A DNA stretch of 64,000 nt from an uncultured cyanobacterium (lineage in GTDB: Bacteria; Cyanobacteriota; Cyanobacteriia; Cyanobacteriales; CAWUOF01), in assembly GCA_963744145.1 (NCBI GenBank), contig CAVUSO010000001.1:7040001-7104000 (forward strand). The letters are read 5' to 3'. Position numbers and translations under genes: made by a program. The notes beneath the pieces were generated by a model that was given only the letters and a program-made list of their open reading frames with translations, had not been told where the DNA came from and did no database searches. Positions 1-9,800 of the stretch are shown one piece after another. How positions within the stretch are numbered: position 1 is the first letter of the stretch; every line of letters starts with the position of its first letter.

Positions 1-406
1 CTACTGCTTTTTTTGCTTCATCCCAGTTACCAAGTTGCTGATTAGCTAAAGATAAATAATTCTTAACTAAAGCTTGATATAATTTATCTTCTGAACCTGA
101 TTGTAGTGCCTTTTCCCATAAATCTTTTGCCTTAGTAAAATACCCGCTTTGATATGCTTCAATTCCTGGATTTAACAAATCCTGTTCTAATGGCTGAAGA
201 TTTGCTAAATTAGTATCCCCATAAATACTATTTAAAGTATTTACTACACCATCATTTACTACCTTTAAGTTTTCTATTTGGACTGAATAAGTATTAGCAA
301 TATCTGGCGCTAGCAAATTTAAACCTAGCGTAGAAATCAACCCCAAAACTGCTAGAAATAAAAGTTTTAAGAACGGTTTTATAAAAATCATGTATTTTCT
401 TGCCAT
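1..406 (-). CDS. N-terminal part of a TPR-repeat (probably TPR-CHAT) protein, runs off the window edge
   Basis: Manual translation from ATG at 406 (GGAGGTGA RBS at 413-420): MARKYMIFIKPFLKLLFLAVLGLIS...GIEAYQSGYFTKAKDLWEKAL...NYLSLANQQLGNWDEAKKAV. Resembles the N-terminus of the TPR-CHAT protein at 38610-41252. The CHAT domain itself is not visible. Confidence 0.75.
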   Translation of the reverse strand, partial: MARKYMIFIKPFLKLLFLAVLGLISTLGLNLLAPDIANTYSVQIENLKVVNDGVVNTLNSIYGDTNLANLQPLEQDLLNPGIEAYQSGYFTKAKDLWEKALQSGSEDKLYQALVKNYLSLANQQLGNWDEAKKAV

Positions 407-427
407 AAATTATCACCTCCCTAATTT

Positions 428-3265
428 TCAATGTCTAGAAACAGGAGAACAACCACCTGGACTTAGCCAGGAACTTTCCGGTGTAGTATTGGGTATTTGT
501 GTAATCAAAACTACCTGACCTTTTTTATTAACTAGCCAACCAGTAGCTTCCTCAATTGGAACTGATTTGGTTACTTGTTGTCTAGGAAGAGAAACTACAG
601 AATTATCTAGTTTGACTGGTCGGAAATCATCCCAAAAGCGATCGCTATTTAGGGCATCATTAGGACTAGGGGGTACACCGCCTAAACCAGTTTTAACAAA
701 ACTACTACCACGTTTGCCGATTGTCGATTGTCCCGCAACTTCACACCCTTGAGGTATGTCTGATAGCTCAAAACGTTGTGATAAAGCTACTAAACCTTGA
801 CTTGGATTAATCCTAGGTGTTTGAATAGTAACTGTACCATTAAACTGCGGTCCTAATGTGGAAGTAGCTGTAATATCACTGGTTTGGGGACTAGCAATCT
901 GATTTACTGTTGTTCCGTTTATGAATCCTTGACGAAAAATTCCTTGAGTGTTAATTTTGACTTGACCGCCAAAACTTTGTTGAGAATTAGCGGTAATATC
1001 ACTATTTTCTAAAGCTGCTAATACTCCCGTATCAATATTAATATTGCCGCCTGTAGCGGCACCTGTAGCATTAGTAGTAATTTGACTGTTGCGGCGTAGT
1101 TGCAAGGACTGAACTTTTAAGAGAATATTACCAAAATTTCCAGCAGAAGTATTCGCCGCAAGTCCCCCATGATCCAGACTAATAGAATCTGCTGTAACTT
1201 TTAGGTTGCCCGCACTCCCTGAGCCATCAGCGCTGACACTGGCTTGAGCTCCATTTTGAATTGTGAATTGCCCTGCTTGAATAGTTAAATTTCCTCCCAC
1301 CCCTGTAGAATCTTTGTCTGTATTAGCAAATAAGCCAGTAGATGAACCTTCATTGTTACCAACAATATTTGTACTAAACAGGGGAGAGCGCTGAGTAAAA
1401 TTCGGATCGCTACCAGAAAGTAAAATATTGTCCGCAGCATTAATAATCACATTTCCTGCTCGTCCGCTCTTTCCGGTCGAAGAAATGAGCTGTCCGCCAC
1501 CAATAGCTTCAAACCTTTTAGTATTGATCGTAATGTTACCCCCATTACTATTAGTTAGAGTTTGGGCATTAACGACCGCTCCATTTGATACTCGAAAATT
1601 ATTTGTAGTTACTGTAATGTCTCCACCTTGACCCGTTGCCTTTGATTCTGTTGATGCGAACAATCCACTGGATGACAAGTCGGAGCCTACGCCATCAACA
1701 TTAACGAAATCACCAACGTTTAATACAATATTACCAGCTCGTCCTTGCCCTTCAGTTCTGACAATCACCAAGGCACCATTTGTCACTAAAAGAGAACCCG
1801 TTGTCAGGTTAATGTTTCCTCCATTACCAACCCCTGTCAGCTTGACGCTGCTGTATAAACCGGAAGACTGTTGACTTGGTATCGATCCCTCTACCAGCAC
1901 TAACGGCCCTTCCCCATCTAAAATCGTTTGATTACGGACAGAAATGGTGATATTGCCTGCATTGCCATGCCCTTGAGTGCTCGCTGAAATTAAGCCACCG
2001 TTTGTTAATGAAAGGGAACCCGTTGTCAGGCTAATATTTCCCCCATTGCCGATCGCCTTGTTTGCTTCTACTCTACTGTAAATACCGCTAGAAATGCCGT
2101 CGTGGCTGCTTACATTATCAAAAGAACTGGCATTACTAATGTGGAGATTAACGTCTCCAGCGTTTCCCTGTCCTAAGGTGCTAGCTTTAATCAGCCCTCC
2201 ATTGGTTAAATAAAGAGCATCGGCTGTGATATTAATACTACCACCTTGACCAGTGGCGTTGGATTCAACCAGGTTGTATGCACCAGATTCGCCATCATTA
2301 CCTGCTCCGTCAAAGGAGATCGAACCGATGGCGTTAATTTCAATATTGCCTGCTCGATTTCCAGGTGTGCTTACCCCTGACTTAATGCCTGCTAACAACC
2401 TACTTCCTTGTGCCAGGTACAAATTTTGCAGATTAATCGCCATACTACCAGCACCCCCACGCACGTCTAATGTCGCGCCATTTGTCAGGGAAGCATCCGC
2501 CCTCGCGATTGAATCTGGAAAGCTCAAACTTAGGTTATTGTTATCCCAGTTGAGCCTAACTGTTCCGGAGCTGCTTAAACCTCCCAACTCAACTCTACCC
2601 CCCGGAGCCTGCAAATTTCCACCCTCTAATCTGACCTCACCACCGACGAGCGCGATGGTTTTACTAGGTAGCACTTGCAATCCCACCATTTGACCGTTAC
2701 TATCGATCGCCCTAGATTGATTCACTATCCTGCCGGGATTACTACCATACCCTAACCCCATGGGGACATTAATATTGAGCAAAGCCGAGGTTTGTTCCGG
2801 AGCGATCGCGCTAAACTGAGTCCCATCCGCCAACTTAATCGTATTTGCTGTACTGGCTATAAATGAACCACCAATATCTAAAGCAGCATTTTTTCCAAAA
2901 ATCATCCCATTTGGATTAATTAAGAATAGATTAGCTAATCCATTAGCCTTGATTAAGCCATCAATATTAGATATAGAACTACCAGTAATGCGACTAATAA
3001 TATGCTGAATATCCACAGGATTATTAAAAAAGACTGAGCCACCTGTAGGAACAGAGAAGTCGCGGAAACTATGAAAAAGATTACCACCAAATCTAGTGTT
3101 TCCCGTGACGGTAAAATTCAGACCATCACTGGTAGTAACTTTAGTAGTTAGACTAGCATCTGGAGTAATTTGTGCCTGTAAAGACACAGGATTTACTATC
3201 TCGATGAGATAGTAAATCAACAGACTGATTGTGATCCGGAGTTGACGCATAGTCTGGGTCATCAT
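428..3265 (-). CDS. Filamentous haemagglutinin family (TpsA-type) secreted beta-helix protein
   Basis: Signal peptide ending AQITPD, haemagglutination-activity motifs NLFHSF and LFLINPNG, many GxGGxIxI repeats, cyanobacterial C-terminal EATGWxxNxxGQVVL motif. Confidence 0.9.
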   Translation of the reverse strand: MMTQTMRQLRITISLLIYYLIEIVNPVSLQAQITPDASLTTKVTTSDGLNFTVTGNTRFGGNLFHSFRDFSVPTGGSVFFNNPVDIQHIISRITGSSISNIDGLIKANGLANLFLINPNGMIFGKNAALDIGGSFIASTANTIKLADGTQFSAIAPEQTSALLNINVPMGLGYGSNPGRIVNQSRAIDSNGQMVGLQVLPSKTIALVGGEVRLEGGNLQAPGGRVELGGLSSSGTVRLNWDNNNLSLSFPDSIARADASLTNGATLDVRGGAGSMAINLQNLYLAQGSRLLAGIKSGVSTPGNRAGNIEINAIGSISFDGAGNDGESGAYNLVESNATGQGGSINITADALYLTNGGLIKASTLGQGNAGDVNLHISNASSFDNVSSHDGISSGIYSRVEANKAIGNGGNISLTTGSLSLTNGGLISASTQGHGNAGNITISVRNQTILDGEGPLVLVEGSIPSQQSSGLYSSVKLTGVGNGGNINLTTGSLLVTNGALVIVRTEGQGRAGNIVLNVGDFVNVDGVGSDLSSSGLFASTESKATGQGGDITVTTNNFRVSNGAVVNAQTLTNSNGGNITINTKRFEAIGGGQLISSTGKSGRAGNVIINAADNILLSGSDPNFTQRSPLFSTNIVGNNEGSSTGLFANTDKDSTGVGGNLTIQAGQFTIQNGAQASVSADGSGSAGNLKVTADSISLDHGGLAANTSAGNFGNILLKVQSLQLRRNSQITTNATGAATGGNINIDTGVLAALENSDITANSQQSFGGQVKINTQGIFRQGFINGTTVNQIASPQTSDITATSTLGPQFNGTVTIQTPRINPSQGLVALSQRFELSDIPQGCEVAGQSTIGKRGSSFVKTGLGGVPPSPNDALNSDRFWDDFRPVKLDNSVVSLPRQQVTKSVPIEEATGWLVNKKGQVVLITQIPNTTPESSWLSPGGCSPVSRH

Positions 3266-3444
3266 TAATATTTACCAATTTTTGGTTTTTTACTACCAAT
3301 ACATATTAGTCTAATCATATCTGCGAGCAAGCCATTTGACAATAGCTTTATCAGATCTAGGACTTACGCGCTGCATTATTTATTGTTATTACATCGGAAA
3401 GGGAGCGATCGCATTGCCGCTTCTTGGGATTGACAATCGCGCTC

Positions 3445-3554
3445 TAACTTGCCATACTTGTGATGTATCTGGCAAAGATTCTAACAATTTTTGGCTTTCT
3501 TCTACTGCTTTTTTTGCTTCATCCCAGTTGCCAAGTTGCTGATTAGCTAAAGAT
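3445..3554 (-). pseudogene. Short duplicated fragment of the TPR gene at 1-406
   Basis: 3502-3554 matches 1-53 with one mismatch; minus-strand frame reads SLANQQLGNWDEAKKAVEESQKLLESLPDTSQVWQVRA. Confidence 0.7.
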
Positions 3555-3575
3555 CAGTAATTCCTGACGGGGTGA

Positions 3576-3614
3576 CGAAATGGGTTCAAAAGATTACAGT
3601 GTAAAGAATGTAGC
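3576..3614 (+). pseudogene. Possible IS1-family InsA zinc-ribbon scrap
   Basis: Reads RNGFKRLQCKECS, resembling the NG..Q.Y.CK.C motif; very short. Confidence 0.3.
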
Positions 3615-3749
3615 AATTTATGGTAAAAAAGGGTAGGTCTAGTTTTGTCAAAAAGACCCATCCAAATCAAATGTTACCTGAATTTTACCAAATACATCTG
3701 AAAAGTCAACTAAGTATTGCTGAATATATTTTTCTGAAACTTCTGATTA

Positions 3750-5324
3750 CAATACTCCGGACACTTTGGTGAGAGAAAATTATTTATAGGTATAATTGAC
3801 TAACCAATAGTTTTCGGCCAATAGCCAAAAGACAGACTGGGACTAGCCGAAAACCTGATTTGGCAGATATTTTCGATTCTGAATCGTTTTCTACTTGAAC
3901 AATTTTCTGGCCAAATCAGGCAACCGAACGGATTGGGCGCAATTTTTTCCTTACTGAGATCACCAAAAAAATATCGATCGTGAGAGAATTTACTATGTAA
4001 ATTCGACCCGACCGATAATTATGAATTTTCTAGAAAACATCTTAACTCAACTTGCTGGGATTAGTAAAGCTCAAAAAAAATTTTTCTTAACCTTAATGAC
4101 AACTATCTTGTTAGTCTATGGTAAAGTCAATTTTACTAATTTAAGTCGTTACTCGCAGTTAAACGAAAAAACTTATCGACGCCATTTTCAGCGCTCCTTC
4201 AATTTTTTGGAGTTAAATAAACAACTCCTGCAATTAGCCCTAGCGGTCACGAGTCGAAAAATTTTAGCAATGGACTGTTCATTTATTCAAAAAAGTGGTA
4301 AAAAAACCTATGGAAAAGATTATTTCTATAATAGTAGTAAGAGCCAAGCAGAACGGGGGTTAGAAATTTCTCTGCTCGCACTTATTGATTTAGATATCAA
4401 CACGGCTTATGCTTTATCTGTTCAGCAAACATCACCATCTTTGCCCACAGAATCACCAAGAAAAACCACCAAAAAATCGCCAGGAAAAAATCAGAAAAAA
4501 TCCCGAAAATCTAGTCCGAAAACATCGGACAATCAAGAGGATGAAGCTACAAGAGTAGATCAGTATTTAGAGCAACTAAAAAGAGCTCAAAGCTATATTC
4601 CATCGGATATACGCCACCTAGTAGCTGATGGGTACTATAGTAAAAAAAAGTTTGTTGATGGGGTGATATCTGTCAATTTTCATTACCTAGGTAAATTGCG
4701 GATTGATGCCAATATGCGTTATTTATATCAGGGTGAACAAAAAGAGCGTGGTCGCCCACGTCTCTATGCAGGAAAAGTCAATTTCACTAATTTAAGTCGT
4801 TTGACTTGGGGCCAGGAAGTTGAGAAATCAGTTAATATTTATAGTGCGATAGTTAATCATGTCTCCTTAGAGAGAAACATTAAAATTGTCGTGGTTGTTG
4901 ATCAGCGTCAGCCTGACAAAACTGGTTATCTAATTTTGTTTTCAACAGATTTGTCGCTGACCGCCCTGGAAATTTACGAGTATTATCAGGCTCGTTTTCA
5001 GATTGAATTTATTTTTCGTGATGCTAAACAGTTTACAGGATTAGTGGATTGTCAAGCCCGTGATGCGGCCAAATTAGATTTTCATTTTAATGCTAGTCTG
5101 ACAGCTTTGAATATTGCCAAATTATCAGCCAGATTAAACCATCAAGAAGATGAGCCCTTTATCTTTTCTATGGCTACTTATAAACGCCAAGCCTTCAACG
5201 CGCATCTTTTGGAACAATTTATTTTGAAGTTAGATTTGGAGCCGACTTTGATCAAAAGCCATCCCAATTACTCAGAACTACTTTCCTACGGTGCGATTGC
5301 AGTTTAATTTTGTCCGGAGTATTG
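3750..5324 (+). mobile_element. Intact insertion sequence (DDE transposase, IS4/IS701-like), 1575 bp
   Basis: Perfect 14-bp terminal inverted repeats CAATACTCCGGACA (3750-3763) / TGTCCGGAGTATTG (5311-5324); 6-bp target duplication TGATTA (3744-3749, 5325-5330). Confidence 0.92.
4021..5307 (+). CDS. DDE transposase
   Basis: Motifs LAMDCSF, VADGYY, YQARFQIEFIFRDAKQ (YREK-like); lies between the inverted repeats. Confidence 0.9.
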   Translation: MNFLENILTQLAGISKAQKKFFLTLMTTILLVYGKVNFTNLSRYSQLNEKTYRRHFQRSFNFLELNKQLLQLALAVTSRKILAMDCSFIQKSGKKTYGKDYFYNSSKSQAERGLEISLLALIDLDINTAYALSVQQTSPSLPTESPRKTTKKSPGKNQKKSRKSSPKTSDNQEDEATRVDQYLEQLKRAQSYIPSDIRHLVADGYYSKKKFVDGVISVNFHYLGKLRIDANMRYLYQGEQKERGRPRLYAGKVNFTNLSRLTWGQEVEKSVNIYSAIVNHVSLERNIKIVVVVDQRQPDKTGYLILFSTDLSLTALEIYEYYQARFQIEFIFRDAKQFTGLVDCQARDAAKLDFHFNASLTALNIAKLSARLNHQEDEPFIFSMATYKRQAFNAHLLEQFILKLDLEPTLIKSHPNYSELLSYGAIAV

Positions 5325-5444
5325 TGATTAAGATTTTACAATCAATTAAAAAAGTGAAGTTAGAAAGTATAGCTAATGCTCTCCCATTACCGATGATTTT
5401 TGAAAGTAGAAGAAAAAAGCTACAGCGATTTCTATCATTGCCAG

Positions 5445-5473
5445 GTAGGGGCGCAAAAGCAATACGCCCCTAC
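5445..5473. repeat. GTAG-type REP-like palindrome
   Basis: GTAGGGGCG-N11-CGCCCCTAC; a degenerate copy sits at 5764-5792. Confidence 0.75.
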
Positions 5474-5827
5474 AGATTAGTAAAATTTGGTGGCCGATTG
5501 TTACCCAATGGCTAAAATTATATTTTGACCCAGAAAAAATAATTTATGTAGCGATAGATCGGACAAATTGGAAAGGGATAAATTTATTTATAGTTAGTGT
5601 AATTTGAGTTCAAAGAAGCTTTCCTGTATATTTTGAGTTATTACCGAAATTAGGTAATAGCAACTTCTCTGAGCAAAAAGGAATTTTATCTCAAGTATTA
5701 CCATTATTTAGCAATTATAAAGTCTGCCTTTTAGGAGATAAAGAATTTTGTTCAATTCAGCTAGTAGGGGCGCAAGAGCAATACACCCGTACTTTGTCCG
5801 CAGAATCGAGCGTGTCTTTAGATCTGA

Positions 5828-6067
5828 GAGTGTCAACAGTAGAATTAATTGGCGTTGCTTAATCAGGGTATGAAAATCAATCAGGGCGTATGGCCATACG
5901 CCCCTACAAATTATTTATTCATACCGTAAATCAGCAACGCCAATTAATTAATGGGTTACAATCTTTGAGAAAACGCTATTTGCTCAAACCAATAGAAGGA
6001 GAGAAAATTTTATTTAATTTATCTCCGGTTTTTCGAGAGTATGTGAAAAATTATTGCCAAAATTAAT
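5828..6067 (+). pseudogene. C-terminal remnant of an ATPase/NB-ARC-type protein, interrupted by the MITE
   Basis: RVSTVELI|NGLQSLRKRYLLKPIEGEKILFNLSPVFREYVKNYCQN*, a tail typical of cyanobacterial NB-ARC/ATP-binding proteins. Confidence 0.55.
5851..5941. mobile_element. MITE with internal REP-like hairpin
   Basis: Ends GGCGTTGCT...AGCAACGCC with further GTATGAA/TTCATAC pairing, flanked by 8-bp duplication AATTAATT; removing it restores the frame VELINGLQSL. Confidence 0.8.
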
Positions 6068-6176
6068 CCCGTCGCAATTTATCCTTTGTCTTTGGACTAG
6101 TTCTACTGGTGAGGGATTGGGTCACCAGATATAATAGATATCATGACTGATTGAGGATTACTAAATTTACCCATGA

Positions 6177-6873
6177 TTGATTATGCTCACCTCTAAACCC
6201 AAATTAGGACATAATTTACCTACCGCCGAAGACTTACCTTTCTGTGACGATCGCTCCGTGGATAGTGAACTCCAAGATAAAATCTCCCACCTATTAGAAT
6301 CTATTCTTAATTATATTTGGGCTAGTCAACCTGATTGGTTTTTTGGGATCGACATCGGTTGGTATTTTGACCCTCATCAACCCGCTTTAGCCCCAGACGC
6401 TTTGCTCAGTTTAGGAGTACCAAGAGTTTCAGGAGAAAACCTCCGTTTAAGTTATGTGACCTGGCAAGAGAACGGGGTAGTGCCGATTTTCATGCTGGAG
6501 ATAGTTTCTAAAACTCCCGGAGGTGAGTATAAACGCAAGAAAATTACATATACACAACAGGGAATTTTGTACTATGTAATATATGCTCCTTTCCGTCGTC
6601 GTCAGCCTAGATTTATGGTGCATCGTCTGATCGGAGGTAAATATGAATTACTCCCAGGTAATCCGGTTTGGCTACCAGAAATTGGCTTAGGAATTGGCAA
6701 AGAAGTTGGTACTTATCATAGGATTAAGCGAGAATGGTTATATTCCCACCTCTGAAGAAATAACCCAACGAGAACAACAAGCCCGACTTGAAGTTGAACA
6801 ACGAGTTCAGATTGAACAACAAGCCCGATTTGAAGTTGAACAACGAATTCAAATTGAACCTTCCAACCAGTAA
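6177..6873 (+). pseudogene. Uma2 (DUF820) family endonuclease, frameshifted before its coiled-coil tail
   Basis: LPTAEDLP..D, PDALLSLGV, LEIVS, KKITY, REWLY motifs; ORF stops at 6755, tail IPTSEEITQREQQARLEVEQ... continues in another frame. Confidence 0.8.
6772..6859 (+). repeat. 42-bp tandem repeat (about 2 copies) encoding the Uma2 coiled-coil tail
   Basis: GAACAACAAGCCCGA(C/T)TTGAAGTTGAACAACGA.TTCA.ATT at 6772 and 6814. Confidence 0.85.
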
Positions 6874-6880
6874 TCCAAAT

Positions 6881-9800
6881 ATGAAATATTTTTTAAAGAT
6901 TATTAACGGATGCTTAACCATTGTTCCCCTAGTTTTAGGATGTGGTAATATTTATTCCGGATTAGCACAATCCATTATCCCTACTAGCAACTCCACAAAC
7001 ACCTTAGTTACACAGGTAGGTAATAAATACAATATTAATGGCGGTACTCTTTCGGGCGATCGCACTAATTTATTCCATAGTTTTGAACAGTTCGGACTTT
7101 CCGCAGGTGAAACAGCTAATTTTATTTCTAATCCAGGAATTCGCAATATTTTAGGAAGAGTTACGGGAGGAAATCCTTCCTTAATTAACGGATTAATTCA
7201 AGTTACGGGAGGAAATTCTAACTTATTTTTAATGAATCCTGCGGGAATAGTATTTGGAACTAATGCAAGTTTAAATGTGCCCGCATCTTTTACTGCAACC
7301 ACCGCAACAGGAATAGGTTTTAGCAATAATCAATGGTTTAATGCGATCGCAAATAATAATTATAGTAACTTGCTCGGTTCCCCCTCTCAATTTGCTTTTG
7401 ACCTAACCAAATCAGGAAATATTATTAATGCAGGAAATTTAACCGTCCCAAATGGAGAAAATCTTACCTTACTGGGTGGAAATGTCATCAATACAGGTCA
7501 ATTAAAAGCCCCAGCAGGAAATATTACCATTACTGCTGTACCTAATCAGAATATCGTGACAATTTCTGCACCAGGAAATATCCTGAGCTTAGAAATTACT
7601 CCACCCCGAAATCAGAATGGGCAAATATTACCGATTAACCCGGTTGATTTACCAACTTTATTAACAGGAAATAATCCTCTTCCCGGATTGAGTGTTAATG
7701 GAACAGGTAAGGTGCAACTAAATCCATCGGGAATAATTTTACCAAATGAAACTGGATTAGCGATCGCTTCGGGAAATATCAATACATCAGCGCCGAATCT
7801 GGGTGGAAATATTAACATTCTGGGTAATAAAGTGGGATTATTTAATGCCAATTTAGATGGATCAGGAACTAACCAGGGTGGAACAATTAGAATTGGTGGA
7901 GACTATCAAGGAGGGGGAACCTTACCCCATGCTCAACAAACTCTCATTACTTCCGATGTCAACATTAATGCTAATGCTACAGAAACCGGAAATGGTGGAA
8001 AAGTAATCATTTGGTCGGATAACTTAACTCGATATTATGGGAATATCACCGCTCGTGGTGGTATGAACAGTGGGGATGGGGGATTTGTTGAAGCTTCTGG
8101 AAAAGATTTACTAATTTTTACAGGAAAAGTAGATGCAGGAGCAACATTAGGTAAACCTGGAACCTTACTTCTAGATCCAAAGAATATCACTATTACTAAT
8201 GCTAGTTCACCCTTAGCAACTTTCTTAAACCCTAACCCTGTCACCAATGGTAGTTTCGGAAATTCAGTAGCTGGATCTGGTAGCAATCTCCTAGTTGGAG
8301 CACCTGAGAACACATCAGGAGGATTTCCACTGACAGGACAAGCATTTTTGTTTAACACCAATGGTGGATTACTACAAATTTTCAATAATCCTAACCCGTT
8401 AGGAGGTGGTAATTTTGGTAATTCAGTTGCTTTTGCTGGAAGTAACCTGTTGATTGGAGCACCTGGTAACACATCGAGTGGAGTTTCAGGAGCAGGACAA
8501 GCATTCTTGTTTAATACTGGTGGGAGTTTATTGCAAACTTTAAACAACCCCAATCCTGTAGCATCTGGTAACTTTGGCAATTCTGTCGCTGCTTCTAGTA
8601 GTAATCTACTGATTGGAGCATATAAGAACACATCTGGGGGATTTTTACAAGCAGGACAAGCTTTTTTATTTAATAGTAATGGGGGATTACTCCAAACCTT
8701 CAACAATCCTAATCCTTCAGGAGGTGGTAATTTTGGTAACTCTGTCGCTCTATCTAGTAACAACTTACTCATTGGAGCACCCAATAACCAATCGGGAGGA
8801 GTCTCACAAGCAGGACAAGCTTTTTTATTTAACACTAGCGGTACATTATTACAAACCTTAGAAAACCCCAATTCATCCCCGATTGGTCAATTTGGTTGGT
8901 CGGTTGCTTTTACTGGTAGTAACCTACTGATTGGAGCACCTGGTAATTCATCAGGAGGATTTGCAGGAGCAGGACAAGCATTTTTATTTAATTCTCAGGT
9001 CGAATTACAGCAAACTTTTAATAATCCTAACCCTGTAGCTAATGGTAACTTCGGTATTTCGATAGCTCCATCTAACAACAATGTGTTGGTCGGAGCATCA
9101 GGTAATACATCGGGAATATTTACCAAAGCAGGGCAAACTTTTTTATTTGATAGTAGTGGTAATATCCTCCAAACCTTTAACTCTCCTAATCCTCAAAATA
9201 ATGGTTATTTTGGGATTTCAGTTACTCCTGTAGACAATAATTTATTAGTAGGAGCTGCTGGTGAAATATCAGCTATTGTTCCTGGTGCTGGTAAAAGTTA
9301 TTTAATTGCACCTACTTATGCTAGTGCATTATCTTTTAATGACAATCCTAGTCTTTCTCTTAATCTTGATCCTCTAAATATTACCAGCGTTACTAATACA
9401 GGTACTAATGTGGTTCTCCAAGCTAATAATGATATTACTGTTCAGCAACCAGTTATAACTAATGCTGGGGGAAATGGTGGGACTCTGACATTACAAGCAG
9501 GACGTAGCATTATCGTTAATGCTAATATTACTACTGATAACGGGAATTTAACTTTAGTTGCTAATGAAACTGCTGCTAATGGAGTACAAAGTCAATATAT
9601 TGATCCAGGTTTTTCTAATATTATGGTTGCACCCGGAGTAACTTTAAATTCTGGTATAGGTGATACCACAATTCGGATTAATACTGGTGCAACTAGCGGT
9701 AGTGGTGGTGATATTAATCTGCAAAATATTATCGCTAAAAATCTGGTAGTTGAAAATTTAGGTTTTAGTAATAGCAAAATTATCTTAAATACTCCACTTA

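Larger units (their letters stand above)
3671..5762 (+). pseudogene. Decayed cyanobacterial IS4-family transposase, interrupted by the IS at 3750-5324 and by REP hairpins
   Basis: MLPEFYQIHLKSQLSIAEYIFLKLLI (3671-) rejoins KILQSIKKVKLESIANALPLPMIFESRRKKLQRFLSLP after 5330; later IYVAIDRTNWKGINLF and LGDKEFCS with stops and frameshifts. Confidence 0.8.

Noticed and set aside
3445..3554. Diversity-generating retroelement template/variable repeat pair with 1-53
   Set aside because: Only one visible mismatch, the target is near the N-terminus, and there is no reverse transcriptase in the window
6788..6880. N-terminal extension of the 2015-aa ORF
   Set aside because: It is the alternative frame of the Uma2 42-bp repeat; the signal peptide starts at ATG 6881
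8035..8871. 278-aa antisense ORF and similar shadow ORFs (e.g. 2253-2693, 11128-11373, 28229-28768)
   Set aside because: Antisense shadows of repetitive or codon-biased genes with no independent motifs
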